Positions 10,510-24,070 of a DNA stretch of 28,332 nt are shown here, in pieces. The stretch spans positions 62,001-90,332 of the forward strand of contig JBFLGF010000029.1 of NCBI GenBank assembly GCA_050230475.1, read 5' to 3'. Below the pieces are notes generated by a model. The model was given only the letters and a program-made list of their open reading frames with translations, was not told the origin of the DNA and did not search any database. Made by a program: the position numbers and the translations under genes. How positions within the stretch are numbered: the first letter of the stretch is position 1; the number at the start of each line of letters is the position of its first letter. The DNA is from Ancylonema sp. Lineage: Eukaryota.

Positions 10510-11587
10510 TGTGAGCACTAGGTCAATCCGGTCGATGAGCAGGAAGTTACAATCAGAAATTGTGCTAGTCCGCACCCCAACTCTCCGAGTCGGCGAATTC
10601 GACTCGCTGACTCGTCGGGAACCAACGGGACACCGCCCGACGACGCCGCACAGGACACTTGTCGGATATAACAAACACTCTAGTACCGCGGTAACGGCCT
10701 CGGGAGTAACCGGGTCCCCGAATCTCATGTGAGTCCTGGACGTTCGCTGGCATTCCACTGGTAACATAGGGATGTCGCTCGTAAACTCTTCACTCACACC
10801 CTCGTCGCGCCCAAACATTCTGTTCTGGAAGCGCTAGCTGTGCACAACAAATCATCCCTACATTATATGTTGAATGTAGCACGAGCTTCACTACGCGACT
10901 GCCAGCAGGAAGTAGAAGGTTGCAAATACTCCCCGCTGCTGTTCCCCTCCCGCAGACATCTTGCAGACCTTTACCTCCACTGCCTTTTCAGAATAAACTC
11001 AACGTTTCCTCTACCAAAGTTCGCGCATCCATTGAGCAATCCGTAATGGAGTCTATACATGAAGACACAGGTAAGTGGGGAGTGTGGCTGCGGATAAAGA
11101 TGTATGTAGAAGACAGAATTAGCGACTGTGGAACGGGAGCCACTGCATTCCTGTTACCTCTGGCTGAAAAGTTGAAGTTACTGAAAACCAAAAGTAATTT
11201 CGTGCACATCAAGGAATCAACATATTCAGTCTGAAACCTTAGCTTAATTTCCTTGGATATCGCCACAAATTAGATTTGCCGTGAATTAGAGGACACCGAT
11301 TTCCGTTTGCGGAATCCAACAACGCCAAATCCCTACAAAAACGAAACCGTGGATGCGACTGGATATGTTCGAACCTTTCAGAACTGTAGAGGTGCCGTAC
11401 CTGTCCTCCTTGTGGTCCGCTGGATTCGAATGGCCGCCATTGGATCAGAAGAAATCGATGCCAGATGGAATATCGATGCCCTGCATCCGCACCCGACTGC
11501 ATGATAGGGGATACACATGGAGGAAATTGCAATCCAGATCAGGAGTACTTTTTTTCCCCCCGGAGATTTGTTCACTCACACTTTCAA

Positions 11588-12917
11588 ATGCCGACATTGT
11601 CGGTGATCAGCCCCCTCCCTGTTTTGTTTTTGTGTCCGCCCACACTTCTAGTGCGACCACAGCCCAAGGTGGAGGTGGTAGATATGGAGGAAGGCGACCC
11701 AAGGCTCTTTACCGATCTCTACCCGGTGCTTCACGAGCTGCGTTTCAAACTCACGGTAGAGCAACTACGCACAGGTGAGAAATGGATGGGCTCCGTGTTT
11801 TCTAGTCTTTCGTTTTGGCCAAAGACAATCCCTCACTCAATGATAGTTTGTCTTTGGGGTTGAGTGGGAACTATTTTTCAAAAGAACTAATGCGAGGTCT
11901 CTAATCACTACTGTATAAATCAAACTCCAGGGTCAACGTACGAAAATAACGCGAAATCGAATGTTGGATAAGACTCGGAAGTGGGGTGGGGTGAAACGGA
12001 AAATCATAAGAATTAGGTGGGGGAATCGTTAGTGATGGACTCTGTTTGTCTCCACCGTGAAAATGGTGGGGAGCATGTGTGGCCAATATGGGTATGTACA
12101 AAGGGTATATGGGTATGAAGGCGTAGGTCGATATGATTGAGGAAGGCACCTTGCATAACTCAATCAACTAGCAGGTTTACTTAGGCGCATTATTAAGAGC
12201 TCTTGTCCTACTATCAAGCTAGTAGAGAAGTACATCTTTGCATGGTGCAGTCTATGAAGAGGGTTACCCTCAAGGGCTTCGCTTCACCGGAGCTTATGAG
12301 GTGAAGAAAGACGGGAGTCGAGGTGAATGCGTCGGAGTCGCTGGATGGAGAATTATGTATACGACATTTGAGTTGAAAAAGTTGTTTGTGGACGACCTTG
12401 TAACGAAAGCTACCGCGAGATCATTGGGAGTAGGAAAAGCTTTGATTCAAAGACTCATAAGCAAGGTGATGCTAGTTCCCCCCCCCCCCCCCTAATAGTC
12501 TCGTGGTAATGGTCTTTTTAATCAACTCATTTTTCCAACATGTCGAAGTCACATTTTGATACTTTGGGATATGACACAGTAGTTGGAATGAGTAGATGAT
12601 GTGTATTGATCGAGTAATCTCGGTATCCACAATGACAACAAAAACTAATCATAGCTAATCATTATTGGCACTTCAAACCTTGGTGAAATTGACTTTGCAT
12701 TATTATCAAATTGAAGAGAGATCCACAATTGGTTGAGTTGTATGAGAAGTCGTGAAGGATATAATTTATTGTTTGTGTCGCCTTGTGCTTGTAGGCCAAA
12801 GCAGAAAAGTGTGAAATGTTTGACCTCCTCTCCGGATGCCAAAGAGATCAAGCGCACAAGTTCTACGTCCGGGAAGGACTTGTTGTAAAAAGCTTTCATT
12901 TTTCGAAGGCAATATAA
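11588..12917 (+). CDS. GNAT-family N-acetyltransferase; exons ~11588-11774, 12251-12465, 12795-12917 (5' end uncertain, possible extra in-frame 60-nt intron 11603-11662)
   Basis: Spliced product EGDPRLFTDLYPVLHELRFKLTVEQLRTVYEEGYPQGLRFTGAY..CVGVAGWRIMYTTFELKKLFVDDLVTKATARSLGVGKALIQRLISKAKAEKCEMFDLLSGCQRDQAHKFYVREGLVVKSFHFSKAI*. Contains the acetyl-CoA motif A (RSLGVGKAL) and A.KFY..EG. Introns GT-AG and phase-compatible. Confidence 0.9.
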
Positions 12918-13829
12918 ACACACCTAGAACAAAGAGAACGCTGACGACAAACTTTTCAGTGAATCAAACTTTTCAGTGGTATACTCGTATTTCACAAGAG
13001 GGCTTTTGTTGGCATAGAATAGAGCTTTCTTATTTATGATGTCGTCATATTACATTGCACATAATAGTTTCCCAATACAACTCTTGTTCAGTTCAAATTC
13101 AAGTGTAGTTTATGCCGTTTGTCGCTCGTGCTCTACATTCGACATATCGGATTCCAAATATTAAAATTTAGTATCCCTCCCCCCCGCCTTGTTTGCCTCG
13201 CGTGCTGAAACAAAAAACCTCTTGTCAAGCCGTAAGAGCTAAGACATTTTGAAATGCAATTGCCGCGCTTGATCAAATACACAACATTATGAATGCAAAT
13301 CGCACAACACGAGTGAATGCTCACGACACAAATTATTGACCTCAAATTTCTAGACTAGGCACCTTTCCAGGCGATACACACACAAAGTTCCACAAAACAC
13401 AAGTCAAGATGCTTGCTGCACTCGGCAACCCAAGCTCTGATAAAACACACGTATCGCCTACGTAGTTAGGTGACTCACTATCCTAGTCATAAATATTCCC
13501 ATAATTACAACACGTATTGGACATCACCAAACTCAGCATTCACGTGCTCTTTCCAAAACGAAGCACAACACAAAAGAGATCTCATCAATCCCATCACAAA
13601 TGACTGAGTTCAACGCATCTGAAGATTCAACCCAAAACGTCTCCGTAACTATTATTTTACAAACACGACTCCAAACTTCATTTTTTCACTCAACGTTCGT
13701 TACAATAACAGATATCCAAATCAAACATCGAGAATATTTTGCTCGATACAAACATAATACTTATTACACATTATTTATTCTCACATTGCCATTTAAAAGT
13801 TTGTGCCTCAACAAATTTCACTCCACCTC

Positions 13830-14175
13830 GACACATACCAATCAGCGTCATGTTCTCTTTCAACATTCCCACACTAACACACTTAGTCATCATGTCTCCT
13901 CTCATAGCCTTCGTCCCAATCTGCCGTAACAATTATCCCCTGTTTCACATGCTCTCGAACAATATGAAAAGTAACCAAGATGTGTCTTGATCGACCGTGG
14001 AAACTTGAATCAACTTGTACCAACTTTTGGCAACTCTCATTGTCAACCACAATCAACGTTCCCCTGTTCGCATTCTTATGTCCCAACATCTCCTCTCACT
14101 GACTCAAGTACATTGCCTCATTGGCCGCTTCACTTAGCGTCACATAATCCGACCCACAAATCGACCGAGTGATCA
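13830..14175 (-). pseudogene. Copia RNase H fragment
   Basis: TRSICGSDYVTLSEAANEAMYL, IVVDNESCQKLVQVDSSFHGRSRHILVTFHIVREHVKQGII and GTKAMRGDMMTKCV match the copia S..EAEY / DN / H.RSKHI / ADxxTK motifs, with stops and frameshifts. Confidence 0.88.
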
Positions 14176-14252
14176 CCTCTAGCAGCGAACTCGGCCATAT
14201 TATCGTCGCACCCCCCACTCCTGAAGACGTGAACCGAACGTCCCCTACTGTG

Positions 14253-14500
14253 TGTGAGAGGTGTATGAACAAGAAGCCTGTGGCAATACAATTGCAAAAT
14301 GCACTCAAGCAATGGTGGCGAAAGGCCGGAATGGATAGGATGGCATGAGCTGAATGGAATGGTTGGTTTCGTAATAATGGTCAACTCACTAGGAGTGCAA
14401 GAACATGAGCAAATAGGAACGCCTGAAGGCATTTCTACGGACCATATATAGTAACCCGGCTCAAGTCTAGTCAAAACTACAGATGGGATCATAGTTGCAT
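14253..14500 (-). repeat. LTR (R/U5 part) of copia-3, homologous to solo LTR 3722-~3965
   Basis: Colinear shared blocks AAATGCAC.CAAGCAA, GATGGCATGAGC..ATGGAAT, GAGTGCAAG.ACATGAG, CCGGCTCAAGTCT. TATATA box on the minus strand at ~14444-14449. Right end not defined. Confidence 0.85.
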
Positions 14501-14739
14501 TCCAGATCGTGAGCGGATCTCCGGACGCGTCCAGAACGCGTCCCGGATCCGGACGCCAATGCCAAAAGCCAGAGCCAATGTGATATCGATATCATTGGAA
14601 CCCTCGGATTTGTGTAACTTCGGGATGTTTTTTTTTTTCTTTGGCATCTTTGTTGCATCCCGAACTGTCCGGGGATGAACCATGAACTATGAACTATGAA
14701 CTATGAATGGCATAACCCGCTTAGCTATGGACACATCAA

Positions 14740-16360
<1,621 letters not shown>

Positions 16361-16519
16361 TGGGCGCTTCTGGAGTGGCTTGTTTTCAATAATCCGCTGT
16401 ATTGTCAAACTATGCTTCCGAAGTTTCTAAATCTTCGTTCAATTGGATAATGGCTAATGGCACAAAAATACTCCCTAGGGGCCGAGGCGGGCCGCTAGGG
16501 ACACACAACTCGCGGCCGA

Positions 16520-16686
16520 AAGAGTGGATTGCTATCTGGGAAAGGCAAAGTAGGCAAGGATCAAAGAATTTGCGCTGAATCGAGGGGGAGAGTTCATCGA
16601 TGGGGATTTTTAGCGTGGATGGCGAAGAGGAACATCAAACATGAGCCTACACCTCCGAACACACCTCAGGGAAATGGCATCACCGT
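16520..16686 (+). pseudogene. Copia integrase core fragment
   Basis: KEWIAIWERQS...RGGEFIDG..FLAWMAKRNIKHEPTPPNTPQGNGIT across frameshifts, similar to the copia-1 integrase (GGEFMDG..PTPPHTPQANGV). Confidence 0.8.
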
Positions 16687-17982
16687 ACATTGCAAGATCG
16701 AGCTCAATAAAGGTAATGAGGATGACAACTCCTCTGTCAAACTTATTTCAGTCGCACGTGCGGCACGTGTGTGCCGTACGGTCCCGGCCGGGTATTGACC
16801 CGGGTACGGTTGACGCCGCTAGCACGCGGTCTGCAGTAGGGCGGTAGGCGGCTGGGGGCTGGGTTACTTATTTGTTCGCGATAGAGCGGCAGCGGGCGGG
16901 GGCCCGCAGGGGCCCGCCAGAATATTAATTGTTCGATAGAGCGATCGATATTTGCCTGCCACGGGCGTCGATGGCTGCCACGGGCGTAGATCGATGGCTG
17001 CCACGAGTGTAATTGAGTAGCCGTTCAGTATTTGAGCTACGGTTCGGTATAGCGGCGGTTAGGCCAGGGGACGGTCCAGCGAAACGTGGTCGGGTCCGGC
17101 TCCCGGGTTGTGGGGTCATATAGTGCCATGCTGGCATGAATGTGATTGGCCGATTGTGATTGTTAACGATTGCGGCTTTGAGTAGAATATGCTTGGACTA
17201 AATGGATGAGATCGGACGCATGCGTACGGCGTAGATTATATTCTAGCGTACGGAAAGTACAAGTGAGTCGGAAGTCTCTTGTTGGACTTTCGGACCATGT
17301 ATTCTGATGCATGAGCACTCTGGCTGCATTACGCCAGAGTGCATACCAACTAAGCTTTGGCAAGAGCGGCGACGTGTCGTTTCGTGATTACGTTGAGCTT
17401 TGACTATGGCTATGTTAAAGGCTGATATCGTTGAGCGGATGCTGAATATTGAAGCGGTGATCATTTGCTGCATATGATAGTGCGTTCGACGCGTGTAGAG
17501 ACAACGTTAGATATTTTGCTCAGTACGTTCACTCTGACGTAATGCCACGCTAGCAAAATTTTCAAAACCAGATTTTGAGCCAAATTTTCAGCGCGTGGTT
17601 TAGTTGTGATAACCCAAGGTGGTAGTTTTTAGTCTAACTTAAGTCAGTACGTTCATGTCTGGTTGGTCTCGTGATCAGAATCAACGCTTAGTTCGGAGAG
17701 AAGCAAGCGTAGGAGGAAGTGGTGGTGAAGACTCTAGTAGTGAGTCAGCGCGCGATAGATTGCGATCGCGGTCACTATCAACAGGGCTACAGGAGTCTGT
17801 TAATTCTCAGCGTGTGGCTGGACTGCCTGAACTTCAGCTTCTTTTGTATCAAGCCCCGAATCCTGAGCCACTAGCACCTTTACCAACTGGTTATTTTTCT
17901 TACAGCTGGTCGGGCTCGAGGAGGACTCAAAGATGGACAGTACCATGGCTGTGCAGAAATATTCGGGAGGGGGAGGAGGAGT

Positions 17983-18438
17983 TGTAGGAATTATATCGGA
18001 TAGCCATTTTTGCTAGCGTGCTAGTCCGGACTGCCGGTTAGTGTAACCGGTAGGGTTCCTAGGGTGTGCTTATGTTAAGGGGCCGGACTTATGTCCGGGC
18101 ACCCGAGTATGACGTTTCGATTGTGCCGTTTGTAGGACGTGCGGTCTAGATGGTTCCGAATCTAGACGTTATGTTTTGTCAGACTGTCCGGCGTGTGCCG
18201 TTGACAGGATCTGACTGTTGTTGAGTTATGATAGGCCGACGGTCCGCAGATACGACCGTCGGCACGCTTTGTAGATTCATGTTGTGGACGAGGCATCGTG
18301 GTATACCTACACGATGCCGACCATTCAAGATTATTCTTCCAACACAATACTTGTCATTGATCATCTCTGAGAGACGTAGTTCCTTGTACGGAAAGAATCA
18401 CACTGTCTTTGCACACCAATCACGTAACATCCCTAAAA
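17983..18438 (+). repeat. 5' LTR of copia-2
   Basis: TGTAGGAATT...CATCCCTAAAA; the 3' half is nearly identical to 24320-24531. Confidence 0.9.
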
Positions 18439-18450
18439 CGTTATGGCCCA
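18439..18450 (+). promoter_or_regulatory. Primer-binding site, internal (half-molecule) tRNA-iMet type
   Basis: CGTTATGGCCCA directly after the LTR, resembling the GGTTATGGGCCCA PBS of Drosophila copia-type elements. Confidence 0.7.
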
Positions 18451-18657
18451 CCGGCGGTCTAATTAAAGACGCTGTGTCAATAACTACAGGCATTCCACGC
18501 GATTCGCTGCTAAGAGACTCTGAGGTTGAGGTTATTAAGTACTGCACGTAATCTTTCGATTGCGCTGCCAGTGACTGAGGTGTGAGCACCGCTGCACGAA
18601 CCACGCTCAAGAAAGCAGCTGGGAGCTGAGCACCAATAATTTTAGCTGTTGCCTAAC

Positions 18658-21600
18658 ATGACGGAAAAGTCATACATTCCGGTCTTCACAGGAGCAACAA
18701 AGGGTGGGCATTTAAAAAGTCTGGCTGATCAAGACATGACATCGTCATGGATTGGGGTAACTCGCCGAGGCAAGAAGAGCCTGTCGTGTTTCTACCACAC
18801 ACGCAGGATGAGCTCGATACGCTGGAGGCTACGGACGTCGCTAGAACGATCACGGCACGCACCCAGCTCATCGGTCGACAGACTCTCCTTCGAGAGGTCT
18901 GGTCGAAGAAGAACATCACTGCGATGGCCTACATCGTCAAACACCTCCAGACGGGGGAGCTGACGCATGTGAGAAACTGCACGATTGCTGCAGAGATGTG
19001 GGAGGCCCTGAAGTCTTTCTACGACATTCAGGGAGCCATCGAAATTGCCAACGCTGAAGTTGAGCTCACGGCAATTATCATGGGTGGGAGAGGCGGAAGA
19101 CCTGAGCGACTACGTCAAGCGACTTCAGGAGCTGCATGATCGGCTGGGGCATCTGGGGGAGCCAGTCAAGCCGGCAAAGCAGACGATTAACTTCTTGAAT
19201 TCCCTAGACACTCGCTACAACGCACGAGTGGAGAGCGTGATGTCCTGGGCAGTTTCTGCACCATCACTCTTCACGATCCCTTAGGCCGTCAGCACTCTGT
19301 CAGCTGGCGATCGACGGGAGGTCTGCAACGACCGGAAGAGAGGAGGGGCGCTGCCGGGAGGGCAGCAGCCCAATTTGGCAGGAAGGGGAGGTTACTCGGG
19401 CAGCTCCGGAGCTGGCCCAAGTCGACCAGGTGGGATCGGCGTTCCCGGAAGTCGGGACCTGACGAGAACTCAGTGCTACGGCTGCAACCAGTATGGCCAC
19501 CTGAAGTCGGACTGTCCCGTACGTCCGCCAATGAGGTGCCATGGCTGCAACCAGACCGCCGGCCACAGGCTGTCGCAATGCGGCCAGCAACGGCAAGGTG
19601 GAGGAGGAAGATCGTCGGCTGGCCAGCAGGGAGGAAGTGGCAGTCCGAAACCACCTAAATGCAGATACTGTGATAAGCTTGGACACGCATTGGCAGAATG
19701 TTTGAAGCGTAAATCTGATCTTCTGGCATTGTCTGCACCTCCTGATTCGAATCTTCGTAATCAACGTAATCAAGCTCAGGCTAGACTTGCTGCAAGACCA
19801 GACACACCTTTTGATGCCTCTAAATCCTTAGCTTATGCAGCTGACGCACGGATTGCGAGGGCAGCTGGAACTGATTGTTCGCATCTGTGGCTTGATTCAG
19901 GCTCGACCGATCACGTCTTCGTAAACCGAGACCACTTCGTCGAGTACGACACCAACGTCCCAATGCAGCATTCTTTCATCCACACGGCTGACGGCACGCC
20001 CCACAAGGTCGAGGGGACAGGCTTCGTGCACGTGAAAGTGAAGAACGACGACTCCTCTTTCGTCGTCCCTCTCGCTGCTCTGCACGTCCCTACATTCGCT
20101 GCGACCCTGGTGTCCACCAACTGCCTCGTCCAGAGAGGTGGGCTGAGCTTTGCCCAGACACCACATGGCCCCAAACTGACTAAGAATGGACTGAAATGGG
20201 CTGATGTCAGCAGGCAGAGGAATGATCTGTCGTTGCTGCATGCTCTATCATCATGGCTGGTTCTTCTGGTCTGCAAGCTAATCTGTCCATCGGCATGCTC
20301 TGGCATGGCAAACTGGTTCACCCTGGTATACCAGCCATGTCAGACATGGCCAGACGGTGATATACCGAGACTGAATCAGGAAGAGTTGACTGAGGTCAGG
20401 GATTGTGAGATCTGTTGTATGGGGAAAATGGGACAGAAGGGACATGCTATGGCCGAGGGGATGTGGCCACTATGCCGAAAATGGGGAGGTTGCATCTATA
20501 TCTGATAGATCCTTTTGGTGTTAAGTCAATGCACGGAGGGTTTGATTACGCAGAGACAGGGATAGAGGTCAATCCTAGACTGTCAACAGTATCTCTCCTC
20601 AAGCACAAGAGCGATGCTCTCAGTCAAACGCGCATCACTGTACAAAAACTTGAAGTTGAATCAGGACTGGCGTTGAAGTCCAGGACATGGGGGAGGGGAA
20701 TACAAGTAAAGAGTGGAAAGTCTATTGTCAAGATAAATGCATCAGACATGAACTGACTGCCCCGTACAGTCCTGAACAAAATGGCATCTCTGAAAGACTG
20801 AACAGAACCTTGACAGAAAAAATGCGATGCATATTGATTTGGTCAGGTCTACAGAAGTCGTATTGGGATGTTTCATTGTTGCATGCAAACTGGTTAAGGA
20901 ACAAAACTCCCACTAAGTCGCTCGCTGGCAGAATCCCAATTGAAGTCTGGGAGGGAAAGAACATGAAAATGAACAAAAGTATAATTTTGGGTGTCTGGTT
21001 CAACGTGAAGGTTGGGGGCAGAAAAGAGGCAAGGGGACAAGTTTGCCCCTCGCACTTGTTTTGGTGTGTTTCTGGGGATGGCTGCGGGGAGTAGTGCAGG
21101 CTACACGTATTCGACCCCCATAGGGTGGGGGTGATATCACGCATGGACGTGCGGTTCTTCTCTTCGAGGAGGTGCCGGGGTACCCGAAGCTCATGGGGGG
21201 GACCAGGTTCAGGGCGGCAGAAAACACTTTTTCTACCTTTTCCCCGACACCGAAGATGACGAGCAGCAGTTGTGCCAGCAGCAGCAGTTCACAGCAGCAT
21301 GCCAGCAGCATAAGTCCACCCCATCATGCCAGCTGTTCCGCAGCCAATGAGCAATTCTGCAGCCAATCCCAGCACCAGCAAAACCAGCAGTCAATGATCC
21401 AGCAGCTGCCAACGACCATCCGCACGACAACTTCCAGCCACAAGCTGCTGAGGTCCCCAACATTACGATTGAGCTGTCCGACAGCCAGTCAGGCAACAAC
21501 GCAGGAGGTGGAGATGCACGGGAGGAGGAGGTGCAAGGAGGGGGTGCGAACCCAAGAGTGGGGGAGCCAGGCAGCATAGCTGATCGGGTGATGGCCAGAC

Positions 21601-23329
21601 GACGAGCCAACTTTGCCGCCGAATATGGGGTATTATATCATGTGATGTGATGTGATGGGGAGGAGTTCGATGACGAGGCCCATGCCAACTACTCAGCGAC
21701 TGAGTGGGAGCCCAGCTGCTTCTACACTGGCTTCAACGGTCCTGTGGATCCTGGCTACGCCTGCGTAGCATCAACCAACAACTCCTCCGAGCCACTCACC
21801 CTCAACCATGCCATGAGGAGGCCAGACTGGGATCAGTGGGACAGAGCCATCGTGGAAGAGCTCGCTGCCCTGGCAACTTTGAGGTGTGTGTACTTCCTCC
21901 AGGTAAAAAGGCTGTGGGGTGTAGATATGTTTTTAAGGTCAAAACAACACCTCAAGGGGATATTAAAAGATATAAAGTCAGACTGGTCGCACAGGGATTC
22001 TTACAGCAAGAGGGTATTGACTATTCTCTCCACTAATCGACAGTACATCTATCACCCTACTCCTCTCTATAGCCAACCAATATGACTGGGAACTGGAACA
22101 GATGGACGTTATCACAGCGTTCCTGCAAGGACGTCTGGAAGAAGAGGTTTATCTGAAAATACCACCACGTATGTATATAAAAGGGGGTGCTGAGGGGAAG
22201 GTCTTACGGCTGAAGGGTGCTTTGTACGGACTAAAACAGAGTAGCCACGTATGGCAAGAAATGTTCAAGAAGTTTATGATATCTGAAGGGTTTACACAAT
22301 GCGTAATGGACACATATATATATATGAGGGGGGAAGGAGACAGCAGAATCATACTGGGCATACATGTTGTAGATGATCAGGTGATCACAGGTCCTAACGC
22401 AATGGTGGTCAAAACTTTTAAAAGAAGACATGGGTAAAAAATTCAATGTCAAGGATCTGGATCCCCTAACCCATATCCTGGGGGTGGAAGTGAAGAGGGA
22501 TAGACAAAGAAAACTGCTCACACTGGGACAGTCAGGTGTCTTAAGGGGAGTCCTCGAACGTTATGGGATGCATGAGTGTAATCCAACCAAACTCCCTCTA
22601 GCCCCTGGAACTCAGTTTACGAAAAACGATGAACCAACTCTTCCCCCTACCCCTGAAGAAATAAGAGACTTTCGAGGAAAAGTGGGATCACTCATATACG
22701 CCATGAAACAAACCAGACTGGACATCGGGTATGCACTTGGGGTACAGGCTAAACACATGGGTTATCCTGGGGTCGCACACATAAGGGCATTACATCAACT
22801 ATTCAAATACCTTAAAGGGACTCTGAACCACGGACTGACGTTTGTGGAAAAAGACAGCTTTGAAGTAAAGGGTTACTGCGATGCATCATGGAACAGTTGC
22901 AGTATGACAGGAAAGTCAGTCACAGGATGGGTAACCACGGTTGGAGGGACAGCACTGAGTTGGAAGTCGCAGAAGCAGTCCACTGTTGCACAGAGCACTA
23001 CTGAGGCTGAATATATCGCTGCCTGTAGTGTATCTAAAGAGTGCTTATCTAAAGTCTCTCTTAAAAGAACTCAAGTTTCCAAACCAAATCACAATCCACA
23101 CTGATTCTCAACCTCAGCTCTCTCCATGATCCAGAACCCTGTGTAACGACAGAAGGCAAAACATTTTAATGTGGTATATCACTGGGTACGGGAAAGCCAC
23201 AGCACGGGGAGACTAAAATATGTGTATCTTGCACGCGCCAATCAACCAGCAGATATGCTAACCAAAGCTCTTCCTCAAGTTTTACTGGACAGACACAGCA
23301 AAAGTCTAGGTTTTGGACGGTTATACTGA
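18658..23329 (+). pseudogene. copia-2 gag-pol polyprotein with multiple frameshifts and stops
   Basis: Gag (AAEMWEALKSFY), three knuckles (CYGCNQYGHLKSDC, CHGCNQTAGHRLSQC, CRYCDKLGHALAEC), protease WLDSGSTDH, CEICCMGK, integrase TAPYSPEQNGISERLNRTL, RT YKVRLVAQGF / MDVITAFLQG / LYGLKQS / HVVDD, RNase H GYCDASW / STTEAEY / ADMLTKAL, stop TGA at 23329. Confidence 0.95.
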
Positions 23330-24061
23330 AATGGGGGTGTCAGTCCTTTCTTTTATTTTTATTATCAGAGGTTTCGAATTACATGCATGTTGGCAGGGGG
23401 TGTGTTGTTGTTTGTTTGGTTCAGTTTGTTGTTATGTTTTAGTTGTTTCTTTCATGCAAAAGTAAAGGGAAGGGTACAACAACTTCAGCTCATCCAGCTA
23501 AGTCACACTCTTACCTTAATACCTTGAAAAGAACACTTGAAATCACTTCAGGACACTTAAGGACACTTTAAGATCAGAAAGTGTGGATCTGCTCAACTTT
23601 AAAATTGTCAGTTTGTTCTGAATTTTCGAATGTATGTCATTGTTGAAAAACTTGTGTCAAAAGTTGGTGTTGATAGGACTGGTAATTTTGAAGTTATGCT
23701 GTTTTGAGATTTTTCTGACTGGAAAGTGTAAAATTTTCAGAATCAAATTGAAGTTGAAAAAGTTCAAAAATTTAAAAATATTTTCTTAAGTTTTTTTGTT
23801 TTTCGCCTAACTTGTGGTATTTGTTTTGTATGTTCAGGGCTTCGGCCTGAAAAAACGACTTAGGATCTGGAGCTTTCGTCTTCATGGAGTTCCGATCGGC
23901 TTCCGATCGGCTGCATTTGTAGATAGGGCCCCCTAGCACGCTTGTATGCTAGGGAAGACCAAACTGCTTTATATGCTATGCAATGGTTCTGCCATGATTT
24001 TGGCAATGACTTGGGTATTTCTTTTGATGTCTGCATCTATGCCAACTTTAGCATGGCATCC

Positions 24062-24070
24062 GAGGGGGTG
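24062..24070 (+). promoter_or_regulatory. Polypurine tract of copia-2
   Basis: GAGGGGGTG directly before the 3' LTR. Confidence 0.7.

Larger units (their letters stand above)
13174..14500 (-). mobile_element. Heavily deleted copia remnant (copia-3)
   Basis: On the minus strand: LTR (to 14253), short leader, ATG at ~14199 running almost at once into RNase H, long AT-rich tail, candidate PPT GGGGGGGAGGGA (~13185-13174). No matching second LTR found; limits approximate. Confidence 0.65.

Noticed and set aside
10510..10818. Upstream extension of the 202-aa ORF as the HemE N-terminus
   Set aside because: ATG 10509 already gives a transit-peptide-sized leader; the upstream part has no recognisable features.
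12950..13173. 3' LTR of copia-3 next to the candidate PPT
   Set aside because: No visible similarity to the LTR at 14253-14500; more likely the GNAT 3' UTR.
17163..17473. Minus-strand ORFs of 66 and 76 aa
   Set aside because: No motifs and no supported splice structure; likely chance ORFs.
23330..24060. env-like or extra gene in the long 3' region of copia-2
   Set aside because: No ORF of 60 aa or more; T-rich non-coding sequence.
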